A stretch of 64,000 bases of DNA from a virus (taxonomy: Duplodnaviria > Caudoviricetes), in the IMG/VR virus record IMGVR_UViG_3300018475_000104, positions 32,001 to 96,000 of that record; one strand, 5' to 3'. Shown here piece by piece: positions 19,517-27,357 of the stretch (positions are counted from its first letter, which is position 1; each line of letters begins with the position of its first letter). The position numbers and the translations under genes were made by a program. The notes beneath the pieces are model-generated. The model made no database searches. It was not told the DNA's origin and saw only the letters and a list, made by a program, of their open reading frames with translations.

Positions 19517-21427
19517 ATGAACATTAATATTAGATTAAGCAAAAACTTTACTACCGCATATAACAAAATGCAAGAAGCCTACGGCGAAGAAATCGCGCGA
19601 ATCAATGGCTTCTCAGATGGCCTTCTATCATATACAGACTTCATTGATAATTTCGTTGATACAGAAACAGTGGCAGATGCTTCTGTAGATGGTAATGCTA
19701 ACGTTGGTCAAAAAGATATCGTAACTCTAATCAATGAAATGCCTAAACCTCATCAAAAGCTTTTGGCTTTCAATAAAATCTATCACGAAATCAATAAGAA
19801 ATATGGCTTTAAAGTGGCAAATGATTGGCTTCGCGCGGAATGGGATGGACATCTATATATGCATGATGCGAATACCACTTCATTCGTTCATTATTGCTTT
19901 GCTTATGATTTAAAAGACTTGGCTGAAAAAGGTCTATTCTTTATTGAAAACTTTAATGCTGAACCTCCTCAGCACTTAGAAACTTTTGTCGATTTTGTTA
20001 AAGAGTTTGTAAGTTGGGCTTGTAATCGAAGCTCTGGCGCGGTTGGTTTACCAAATCTAATTCCTTATATGTATTATTTTTGGAATAGAGATTGTGAGAA
20101 AGGTTATTACACAGTTTCTCCCGAAAAATATGCTGAGCAACAAATCCAACGTCTTATTTACGCTTTAAATCAACCTTTCCTGCGCGGCGGTATTCAATCT
20201 GCCTTTACGAATACATCTGTATTTGACCGCCCCTATCTTGAGGCTCTATTTGGCGGCGCCGAGTTCCCAGATGGAACCTTCATGATTGATGAAATGGAAG
20301 GCATTATGGAATTCCAAAAGCTTTATATGGAAACAATGAGTAAAATTCGTTCTCATAATATGATGACTTTCCCAGTAAGCACTATTTCTCTATTAAAACA
20401 AAATGGCAAATTTGAAGATGAAGATTTTGCAATTTGGGCTTGTAAGCACAATATGAAGTGGAATGATTCAAATATCTTTGCTGATTCAAGTGTCAATAGT
20501 CTATCCAATTGTTGCCGCCTAAAATCTAACATTGAAGACCTTGGTTATTTTAACTCAATCGGCGGCACTGCTTTAAAGGTTGGTTCTGTAAAGGTTAATA
20601 CAATTAATCTCGCGCGCCTTGCTTTGGAGAATAAAACTGAGAAGGACTATTTAGTTGCTTTGCGCGATATGGTTGAGTTAGACCTCAAAGCTCTTGATGC
20701 AGTAAGATATATCATTCGCAGAAATGTTGAGAAAGGTTTGTTAAAGAATTTCACTCTTGGCTTAGTTGATTTTGAGCATTTGTATAATACAATTGGCTTT
20801 ATTGGTATTTATGAGACAATGAAGTCTTTTGGATATGTAAGATATGATGAATTTGGCAATTGCTTCTATACCGAAGAAGCTGAAAAGTTTGGCAAAAAGA
20901 TTTTCGATGTAATTCATAATGTAGCTGATAACTTTAAGCTTGATAAAGATTACATGATTAACTGTGAAGCTATTCCTGGCGAAAGTGCTGCCGCGAAGCT
21001 AATGAAGAAAGACAAATTCTTCTTCCCCGAAACCGTAGTAGATGACCTACCTCTCTATGGTAATCAGTTTATTCCTCTCGGCATTAAAACCACTCTTCAA
21101 GAAAGAATTCGTATCGCTGCAATGTTTGATGGATTCTGTAATGGTGGTAGCATTCTTCATGCCAATATCGAAGCGCCATTTAAGACTTTTGAACAAGCTT
21201 GGGATATGCTTAATTACATTACTGACCAGGGAGTAACCTATTTTGCTTTTAACACAAAAATTCAAGCCTGCGCGAAGAACCATGCTTTCTATGGCACAGT
21301 TTGTCCCGAATGTGGCGGCCCTGTTGAGACAGAATATACACGAATTGTAGGTTTCTACACACCAGTAAAAACTTATTCCAAAGAAAGAAAAGCAGAATAC
21401 GCAATGCGCGAATGGGAGAATGTATAA
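19517..21427 (+). CDS. nrdD: anaerobic (class III) ribonucleotide reductase
   Basis: SNCCRL finger loop, NLARLA, PGES, CPECG Zn site, glycyl-radical loop TRIVGFY. Confidence 0.9.
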   Translation: MNINIRLSKNFTTAYNKMQEAYGEEIARINGFSDGLLSYTDFIDNFVDTETVADASVDGNANVGQKDIVTLINEMPKPHQKLLAFNKIYHEINKKYGFKVANDWLRAEWDGHLYMHDANTTSFVHYCFAYDLKDLAEKGLFFIENFNAEPPQHLETFVDFVKEFVSWACNRSSGAVGLPNLIPYMYYFWNRDCEKGYYTVSPEKYAEQQIQRLIYALNQPFLRGGIQSAFTNTSVFDRPYLEALFGGAEFPDGTFMIDEMEGIMEFQKLYMETMSKIRSHNMMTFPVSTISLLKQNGKFEDEDFAIWACKHNMKWNDSNIFADSSVNSLSNCCRLKSNIEDLGYFNSIGGTALKVGSVKVNTINLARLALENKTEKDYLVALRDMVELDLKALDAVRYIIRRNVEKGLLKNFTLGLVDFEHLYNTIGFIGIYETMKSFGYVRYDEFGNCFYTEEAEKFGKKIFDVIHNVADNFKLDKDYMINCEAIPGESAAAKLMKKDKFFFPETVVDDLPLYGNQFIPLGIKTTLQERIRIAAMFDGFCNGGSILHANIEAPFKTFEQAWDMLNYITDQGVTYFAFNTKIQACAKNHAFYGTVCPECGGPVETEYTRIVGFYTPVKTYSKERKAEYAMREWENV

Positions 21428-21657
21428 TGGCTGAAATGAATATGGATACTGTTTCGCTAAGCAGAGTAAAAAAATTAGTAGAACAATTAGAAAGACAAAA
21501 GGCGCAACTTGAACTAAGTGAAGAAGATGACTTAGAAGTTGCTTTTGAATATATAATTGGCAGTCTATTTCCAACAGCTTATCAAAATATGAAAAATGCC
21601 TGTCGCGCCTTCTATATTGAAGGATATAATGAAGGGAAGAAAGCGAATGAAAATTAA
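21427..21657 (+). CDS. hypothetical protein
   Basis: ORF coupled between nrdD and nrdG. Confidence 0.55.
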   Translation: MAEMNMDTVSLSRVKKLVEQLERQKAQLELSEEDDLEVAFEYIIGSLFPTAYQNMKNACRAFYIEGYNEGKKANEN

Positions 21658-22117
21658 AGGTTTAAATGAGTGTGATATAGTAAATTATAAAAAAACCTCA
21701 ATGTTTATTGTATTTCCTCATTGTAGCTTTAAATGTGATAAAGAGTGCGGGCGCAATGTTTGTCAAAACAGCGCGCTCGCTTGTGCTCCTATATTTGAAA
21801 TAGACACAAAAAAAATAATTGAAAGGTATGTATATAATCCTTTAACAAAAGCCTTGGTTTGTGGTGGACTTGAGCCATTTGACAGTTGGGAAGAATTACA
21901 AGAGTTAATTTTTAATTTTAGACAAGAAAATAATGATGAAATTGTTATTTACACTGGCTACACAGAAGAAGAAATAGAAGATAAAGTTGAATGGTTAAAA
22001 TTATATAGTCCAATTACTATTAAATATGGCAGATTCATTCCAAATCAAGAAAAACATTTTGACGAAATTTTAGGCGTAGATTTAGCAAGCTCAAATCAAT
22101 ACGCGAAGGAGTATTAA
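21647..22117 (+). CDS. nrdG: class III RNR activating radical-SAM protein
   Basis: CSFKC...CQN, GGLEPF, IYTGY, KYGRF, LASSNQ. Confidence 0.82.
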   Translation: MKIKGLNECDIVNYKKTSMFIVFPHCSFKCDKECGRNVCQNSALACAPIFEIDTKKIIERYVYNPLTKALVCGGLEPFDSWEELQELIFNFRQENNDEIVIYTGYTEEEIEDKVEWLKLYSPITIKYGRFIPNQEKHFDEILGVDLASSNQYAKEY

Positions 22118-22119
22118 AT

Positions 22120-22320
22120 ATGTCATCATCAATGACAATTACAATTAATCAAGATAAAGCAGAAGTTGAACGTATTCGGCGCGCAGTGCGTGAAAATGAT
22201 GGATATTGCCCATGCCAGTTAGAAAAAAACGAAAACACTCGTTGTATGTGTAAAAATTTTGTAAATAGCGAAGAAAGTGGCTGGTGTCACTGTGGCCTGT
22301 ATTTTAAAACTATAAAATAA
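22120..22320 (+). CDS. ferredoxin-thioredoxin reductase catalytic-subunit-like Fe-S protein
   Basis: GYCPC...CMC...CHCGL(Y) matches the CPC/CxC/CHC pattern of FTR. Confidence 0.75.
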   Translation: MSSSMTITINQDKAEVERIRRAVRENDGYCPCQLEKNENTRCMCKNFVNSEESGWCHCGLYFKTIK

Positions 22321-22323
22321 ATT

Positions 22324-22352
22324 TTGACTTCCTTCGAAAAATATGTTATAAT
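22324..22352 (+). promoter_or_regulatory. sigma-A-type promoter for the deaminase-thyX-(tRNA) unit
   Basis: TTGACT-N17-TATAAT with extended TG. Confidence 0.8.
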
Positions 22353-22385
22353 ATTTATAGATAAAAAAGAGAAGGGAAAAGAACT

Positions 22386-22802
22386 ATGACCAATCGAGAA
22401 AAGAGAATGTTTCGAGTAGCAAAAGAGATTTCAAAATTTTCTAACTTTAATGGGCCGCATATTGGCGCAGTAGTATGTGAAGGAAAGACTATAATCTCAA
22501 CTGGTTATAATTCTTATAAGACTCGGCCTCTTCAACATCAATATAACATATATCGAGACTTTGAAGATTATGAAAACTCTATCCCCAGACAACACGCAGA
22601 AGTTGATGCTTTGAGTCGGCTTATTGGTAAAGAAGTTGATTGGAATAATGTGTCTATTTTTGTTTATAGAGAATTTAAAAATGGCGAACCAGGCTGTTGT
22701 CGACCGTGCGCGGCGTGTTCTCGTTTAATTAAAGATTTGGGTATTAGAAACATTTATTTTATTGATGAAGAAGGACGATATTGCAAGGAAAAGGTGCTTT
22801 AA
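22386..22802 (+). CDS. Zn-dependent cytidine/dCMP deaminase family protein
   Basis: HIGAV, GYN, HAE, RPCAAC. Confidence 0.8.
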   Translation: MTNREKRMFRVAKEISKFSNFNGPHIGAVVCEGKTIISTGYNSYKTRPLQHQYNIYRDFEDYENSIPRQHAEVDALSRLIGKEVDWNNVSIFVYREFKNGEPGCCRPCAACSRLIKDLGIRNIYFIDEEGRYCKEKVL

Positions 22803-23402
22803 ATGAAATTTACCGATATTGTTTCAAATGTAAAAATTTATGATTTAGAAGAATCAATTATCGCAAGTGGCTATCCTATGAGAACTAAAGCTGGTAGGCG
22901 AGAAGTTGAGGAGAAAGATATTAATCGGGGCGAAAAGTTAGTTAGGGCTACCCTTGGCGGTAATACCGCACATCATTAGTTCTTAACAGGTATTAGGGTA
23001 AACTTTGATTTAACTTTTACAAATAAGGCGTGGGTTGAAGCCGAAAGATATAGATTCTTAGAATTTGTTTCAAGCCAATCAACAATGCACAGAATTACTA
23101 AATTCAATTTAGATAATCAGTATATTAAATATGTTGACCCACGAGTTATTAAAATTATGCAAGAGTTGGTTGATGCATACAACGAAAATCCAACTCCAGA
23201 AAATTACTTAAAGGTTCTTTATACAAATCCCGCAGGTTTTAAAATTACTGCGCGCATGACTACAAACTATAGAAGTTTAAGAAATATTTATATTCAAAGA
23301 AAGAATCATAGATTACCTGAATGGCGCGCGTTTTGTAAATGGATTGAAACCTTACCTTTTGCAAAAGAGTTTTTAACTAATATTAATCAAGAAGAGGAAT
23401 AA
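22803..23402 (+). CDS. thyX: flavin-dependent thymidylate synthase-like protein, one in-frame TAG (22977)
   Basis: From ATG 22803: ...AHH*FLTGI...AERYRF...SQSTMHRI...TNYRSL...RKNHRLPEW; in frame with track ORF 23085-23402. Confidence 0.75.
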
Positions 23403-23415
23403 TTCCTCTTTTTAT
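23392..23415 (+). terminator. terminator-like hairpin with the thyX stop codon in its loop, immediately 5' of the tRNA
   Basis: AAGAGGAA-TAA-TTCCTCTT followed by TTTAT. Confidence 0.5.
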
Positions 23416-23449
23416 AGCCGTGTAGTTTAATGGTAAAACGCCGGTCTCT

Positions 23450-24138
23450 AATTAAAAATTGGACACCAAGAAGGGAAACCGCTTGTGTGAATCGTGTCAA
23501 ATTCGGTAAAACTCTTTAGGAGAATACAATGGCAACAAAAATTTCACTTTTAAGTGACGAAGAATTTTAGAAAATAATTTATGAATCTTATTCCTATGCT
23601 GAATGTTGTAGAAAGATTGGATATAGTGATAAAGGAAGTCATGGCACAGATGCGATAAAGAAAAGATGTCAAGAACTTAACTTGTCTACTAGTCATTTTT
23701 CTAAGACCAAGGCAGCAAATAAAAGTAGCACAAAATATTCTTTAGATGATATATTGATTGAAAATTCTAATTATAAAAACATATCAAGATTAAAAACTCG
23801 ACTAATCAATGAAAACAAACTTGAATATAAATGTGCTATATGTGGTAATACTGGAGAATGGAATAATAATCCCCTAGTTCTTCAATTAGACCATATTAAT
23901 GGAAAACACAACGACCATCGTTTAGAAAATCTAAGATTCTTATGTCCTAACTGTCATTCTCAAACAGAAACATATTCTGGAAAAAATAAAAATAAAGACA
24001 ATACCGAGCTAAATCAGTAAAAAACTGTAAATGTGTAGAGACTAAACGGCACGAACCTAAACCCAATTTGGGCATGGTTAAGATATAGTCCAGACTACAA
24101 CACAAATAATTGTGGCCATGGTGACATGGAGTAGTATG
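23450..24138 (+). ncRNA. group I self-splicing intron in the tRNA anticodon (689 nt)
   Basis: P1 with U.G at the splice site (TCT|AATT-aaa-AATT-GGA); P3 CGTGTC 23493/GGCACG 24048; P4 TTCGGTA 23502/TACCGAG 24002; P7 GACTA 24040/TAGTC 24086 within GTAGAGACTA and AAGATATAGTCC; GNRA-capped P2 and P9; terminal G 24138. Confidence 0.92.
23529..24020 (+). CDS. intron-encoded HNH homing endonuclease, in-frame TAG at codon 14 (23568)
   Basis: TAGGAG SD, MATKISLLSDEEF*KIIYES... in frame with CAICG...LQLDHINGKHNDHRLENLRFLCPNCH. Confidence 0.87.
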
Positions 24139-24225
24139 AAAACCGTAATATCCTTCTGACGGAGGTTATCTGGGTTCGAATCCCAGCACGGCCGCCAATC
24201 AAATATTTTACTGGAGGACAGTCCA

Positions 24226-24450
24226 ATGAGAGATGGTTTTGATGCCTCTAGTTTTCTAATACCCAAAGCATTCCATGATTTACCACTTTTTGGTGGAGGA
24301 GAAGGAAATGACGTTGGGTGGATGTTACTAGATCTTGCAACCTACTATAATGAACTTTTAGACAAATACTTACAAACTAATGATGACAGATATTTAAAAG
24401 TTTTAAATGCAATACTACCAAATCTAAGGAGAGAATTAGAAGATGAGTGA
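24226..24450 (+). CDS. hypothetical protein
   Basis: GGAGG SD, overlaps dut start. Confidence 0.6.
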   Translation: MRDGFDASSFLIPKAFHDLPLFGGGEGNDVGWMLLDLATYYNELLDKYLQTNDDRYLKVLNAILPNLRRELEDE

Positions 24451-25372
24451 TAATGTAATTCAGATGCCAAATACACAAGTAGAAGAAACAGAACAGCCAA
24501 ATGTTCTTGAAAGTGCTTTTAATGCTATAACAGAAGCCGCGCCAGAGCTTCAAGGTATGGAAGGAGTAGCTGCTTTACTAGCAATGCCAGATAAAGAATT
24601 TTCTGTGCTCGCGCCGCTCGTGCTTGAGAATATGGAAAAATCTTTAAACAATGTTAGCGATAAACTAATTCTTGTTCAGGCACTAAATGCCAGTGGGGGC
24701 ACTTCTGAGGACTTAATCGAAGCTTTTGCTAAACTAACCGATGAAATTGATAATCAGCTAACTACTCTAACACGTGCAAAGCGCGATTTCGTAAAACAGC
24801 TTATTGGTATGCTTTGTAATGCAATTGCAGATACAGAGGGTATTGCTAAAAAAATCATCCAAGTTCCTTTTGAGTTGTGTCATCCCAATGCTAAAATGCC
24901 TACCTATGCAAATGTAAACGATGCTGGTATGGATATTTATGCATTAGAAGATATCACAATTCATCCTGGTGAGACAATTATTGTTAAAACTGGGTTAAAA
25001 TGCGCGATTCCTAAGGGCTATGAACTCCAAGTTCGTCCTAAGAGTGGTAGAGCTTATAAAACTAAAATGCGCATTGCAAATACTCCTGGTACAATTGATA
25101 GTGGCTATCGTGATGAAATTGGAGTAATTATTGATAATATCGAACCTAAGATTAAAGATATTACCTTTGAATCTGATTTAGTTGATGGTAAGCCTGAATA
25201 CAAAATTACTTCCGTTCTCTTTGGCGAAGATATGCATATCGGAGAGGGCGAAAAATTTGCCCAATTAGTATTGAATGAAATTCCTAAGTGTGCGCCTTAC
25301 CAAGTTGAAAGCGTCGCTGCTATTGAGAATGATGGTCGTGCAGGCGGATTTGGAAGTACGGGGTTAAAGTAA
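24443..25372 (+). CDS. dut: trimeric dUTPase with ~140 aa N-terminal extension
   Basis: AGMDI, RPKSG, GTIDSGYR, AQLV, RAGGFGSTG. Confidence 0.88.
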   Translation: MSDNVIQMPNTQVEETEQPNVLESAFNAITEAAPELQGMEGVAALLAMPDKEFSVLAPLVLENMEKSLNNVSDKLILVQALNASGGTSEDLIEAFAKLTDEIDNQLTTLTRAKRDFVKQLIGMLCNAIADTEGIAKKIIQVPFELCHPNAKMPTYANVNDAGMDIYALEDITIHPGETIIVKTGLKCAIPKGYELQVRPKSGRAYKTKMRIANTPGTIDSGYRDEIGVIIDNIEPKIKDITFESDLVDGKPEYKITSVLFGEDMHIGEGEKFAQLVLNEIPKCAPYQVESVAAIENDGRAGGFGSTGLK

Positions 25373-25677
25373 TGAGTGAATTTTGGAAAGATAAAGATTA
25401 TCATATGATAGGTAGTAGATGTAGTGGAAAAACTACTTCGCTACTTTATGCCGCAGAATTAAGAGGCATTAAAAATATAGTTATGGCTGAATCACAAGTA
25501 GGTAAATTAAAAGAACAAGAATTGGGGTATCCAGAAGGAACTTTTAATTTTATTAACTATAAAGATTTCGACCCTTTAACAATGAAAGAAGATTTTTTAA
25601 TTGACGAAGTAGATAATTTTTTACATTATCTTTTTCGTGGATACAGAGGATTTACAATGTCCTCGCAAGAATATTAA
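25372..25677 (+). CDS. small P-loop-containing hypothetical protein
   Basis: GSRCSGKTT and FLIDEVD. Confidence 0.55.
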   Translation: MSEFWKDKDYHMIGSRCSGKTTSLLYAAELRGIKNIVMAESQVGKLKEQELGYPEGTFNFINYKDFDPLTMKEDFLIDEVDNFLHYLFRGYRGFTMSSQEY

Positions 25678-25694
25678 TTATTGAGGTAATTTAA

Positions 25695-26426
25695 ATGGCG
25701 CGAATCCGATTAGAGGACATTCAATAGGAACTCGCGCGGGATGGCTGGAAGGTCATATCTGAAGAGTATGTCAATCTTGATACGGAAATGATATTTGAAT
25801 GTAACGAAGGACATCGTGTTTATGCGCCGTGGAAAAAGATTAGACAGAAAAGAGTTTGTCCTATATGTCAACAAAATTTTGAAAAAAGAGAACAAACAAT
25901 TATTCCAAAACCAAAAGATAAAAATCGTGTTCTAGCTTTAGACTAGGCAACAAAAATAACTGGGTGGTCAATATTTGACGGCGCGCAGTTAGTAAAATTT
26001 GGAACTTTTGAAACTTCTTTGAATGAAGAGATAGCAAGAGATAATGCAGTTAAGATATGGCTCATCTCAATGATTGAGAACTGGAAGCCAGACTACATTG
26101 GAATAGAAGGAATTTAGCTTTAGGAAAATAGTGAAGAGCGTAAGATGGGCGTTACAGTTTTTGAAACCCTTGCGCGCCTTCAAGGTATTCTAATGGAAAC
26201 CGCCTATGAGCATAAAATTCCCTTTAAAATTTGCCCAACCAATACTTGGCGAGGGCATTGTGGAGTAAAAGGAAAATCTCGCAGTGATAAAAAACGTTCA
26301 ATGCAACTTATAGCAAAAAGACTTTATGACATCACACTAACCGATGATGAAGCAGATGCAATTGGTATTGGTAAATATATAAGCGAGACTTGTGCAAAAG
26401 AAGTTTCAATTGAATCATGGGAATAA
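25695..26426 (+). CDS. ruvC: RuvC-like Holliday junction resolvase with N-terminal Zn-finger region; in-frame TAGs at 25725, 25944, 26115, 26121
   Basis: VLALD*ATKITGW, IEGI*L*, LARLQG, DDEADAIGIG; continuous frame if TAG is sense. Confidence 0.78.
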
Positions 26427-26461
26427 AAAAGAGAGGTATTTCTACCTCTCTTATTTTTTTA
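26425..26461. terminator. bidirectional terminator at the convergence of the two gene blocks
   Basis: AAAAAA-GAGAGGTA-tttc-TACCTCTC-TTATTTTTTT. Confidence 0.75.
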
Positions 26462-26821
26462 TTTAACTTTATATGTCTCCCACACAAATCGGTCGGAGGG
26501 GTCAAAAGTATCCCATATAACTCCATCAATTATGCAAGTAATATGCCCATTCATTGTAACAAGATAAACACCTTGATTAAACTCTTCAGCGAATTCACCT
26601 ACCGTCATTTTACCGCGGCAATCACATACTTTATCATATCGCCTACTCAAATACTAATCAATGTATAAAACCTCATCGGGCATAATTGCTTGAGACTGCG
26701 CGAAGTCACTTAATTTTTCATAAGTCTCATCCCAGGTGGCGCCCGTTGCGAGTGAAATTGCACGAACTGTACAATCATTAACTCTTCTTCCCAACGGGTT
26801 AGCATTATAGTAATGAAACAT
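26459..26821 (-). CDS. hypothetical protein, possible Cys-His hydrolase; one in-frame TAG (26654)
   Basis: MFHYYNANP..NDCTVRAI...YID*YL...GHITCIIDG. Confidence 0.65.
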
Positions 26822-27345
26822 TATAATTTACTAAGCTTCTGTAAGTGACGGCGAATAGTCTCTTTTTCTTGAGGAGTTTCAGCAAATTCCATTGTAGATT
26901 CAACGAAGGTGCAAATTGCATACATTAGTTTCTCAATACCATCCTGTAGGCGCGCTTCGTCTCCTCCATGCATATAACGGTCACGACCATATTCATAACT
27001 TTCCGCGCCATCCATAATTCTATCCATATGGTCGCGCATTCTCATGTCCTGACCTCTATAGGTACCATAATTATTATATCCGCCTCTGTCATAGTCATCT
27101 CTGTAATTACCACCACGGCGGCCATAGTTGCCACCATCGCGATAGCCAGAATAATCTCTATAATCATCACGATATCTTGGCATATCATAACCTCCTTGTT
27201 CCATGGCTGCAATGGTAGACAAGTCTTTTCTTGCCTCTGCCAAAGCTTTAAAATTTTGTACAGTATTTGCGCTCAAACCTTTTTCGGCCATAGCCATTAG
27301 TTCTTTATCTAGAACTTCATTAATTTTTTTAACATCTAAAGCCAT
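26821..27345 (-). CDS. hypothetical protein with R/D/Y/G low-complexity centre
   Basis: 174 aa ORF, GGAGG SD. Confidence 0.7.
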   Translation of the reverse strand: MALDVKKINEVLDKELMAMAEKGLSANTVQNFKALAEARKDLSTIAAMEQGGYDMPRYRDDYRDYSGYRDGGNYGRRGGNYRDDYDRGGYNNYGTYRGQDMRMRDHMDRIMDGAESYEYGRDRYMHGGDEARLQDGIEKLMYAICTFVESTMEFAETPQEKETIRRHLQKLSKL

Positions 27346-27357
27346 AACTCAACCTCC

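Larger units (their letters stand above)
23416..24197 (+). tRNA. amber suppressor tRNA (anticodon CUA); exon 1 23416-23449, exon 2 24139-24197; interrupted by a group I intron
   Basis: Joined exons fold as a cloverleaf: acceptor AGCCGTG/CACGGCC+G+CCA, D stem GTTT/AAAC with GG loop, anticodon arm CCGGT-CTCTAAA-ACCGT, T arm CTGGG-TTCGAAT-CCCAG, encoded CCA. Confidence 0.9.

Noticed and set aside
650-21574. Antisense and alternate-frame ORFs in the track (e.g. 650-1045, 1118-1735, 7687-7992, 21047-21574)
   Set aside because: They are shadows of well-supported opposite-strand genes, with no SD or recognisable motifs
23416-24197. tRNA-Pyl (also anticodon CUA)
   Set aside because: It has a canonical D-loop GG, TTC T-loop, 5-position anticodon stem and a long variable region, unlike tRNA-Pyl; no pyl genes are seen and TAG contexts fit Gln
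27040-27190. CRISPR array or DNA tandem repeat
   Set aside because: The repetition is protein-level (YRDDY, GGNY) without constant repeat-spacer structure; no CRISPR array seen anywhere in the window
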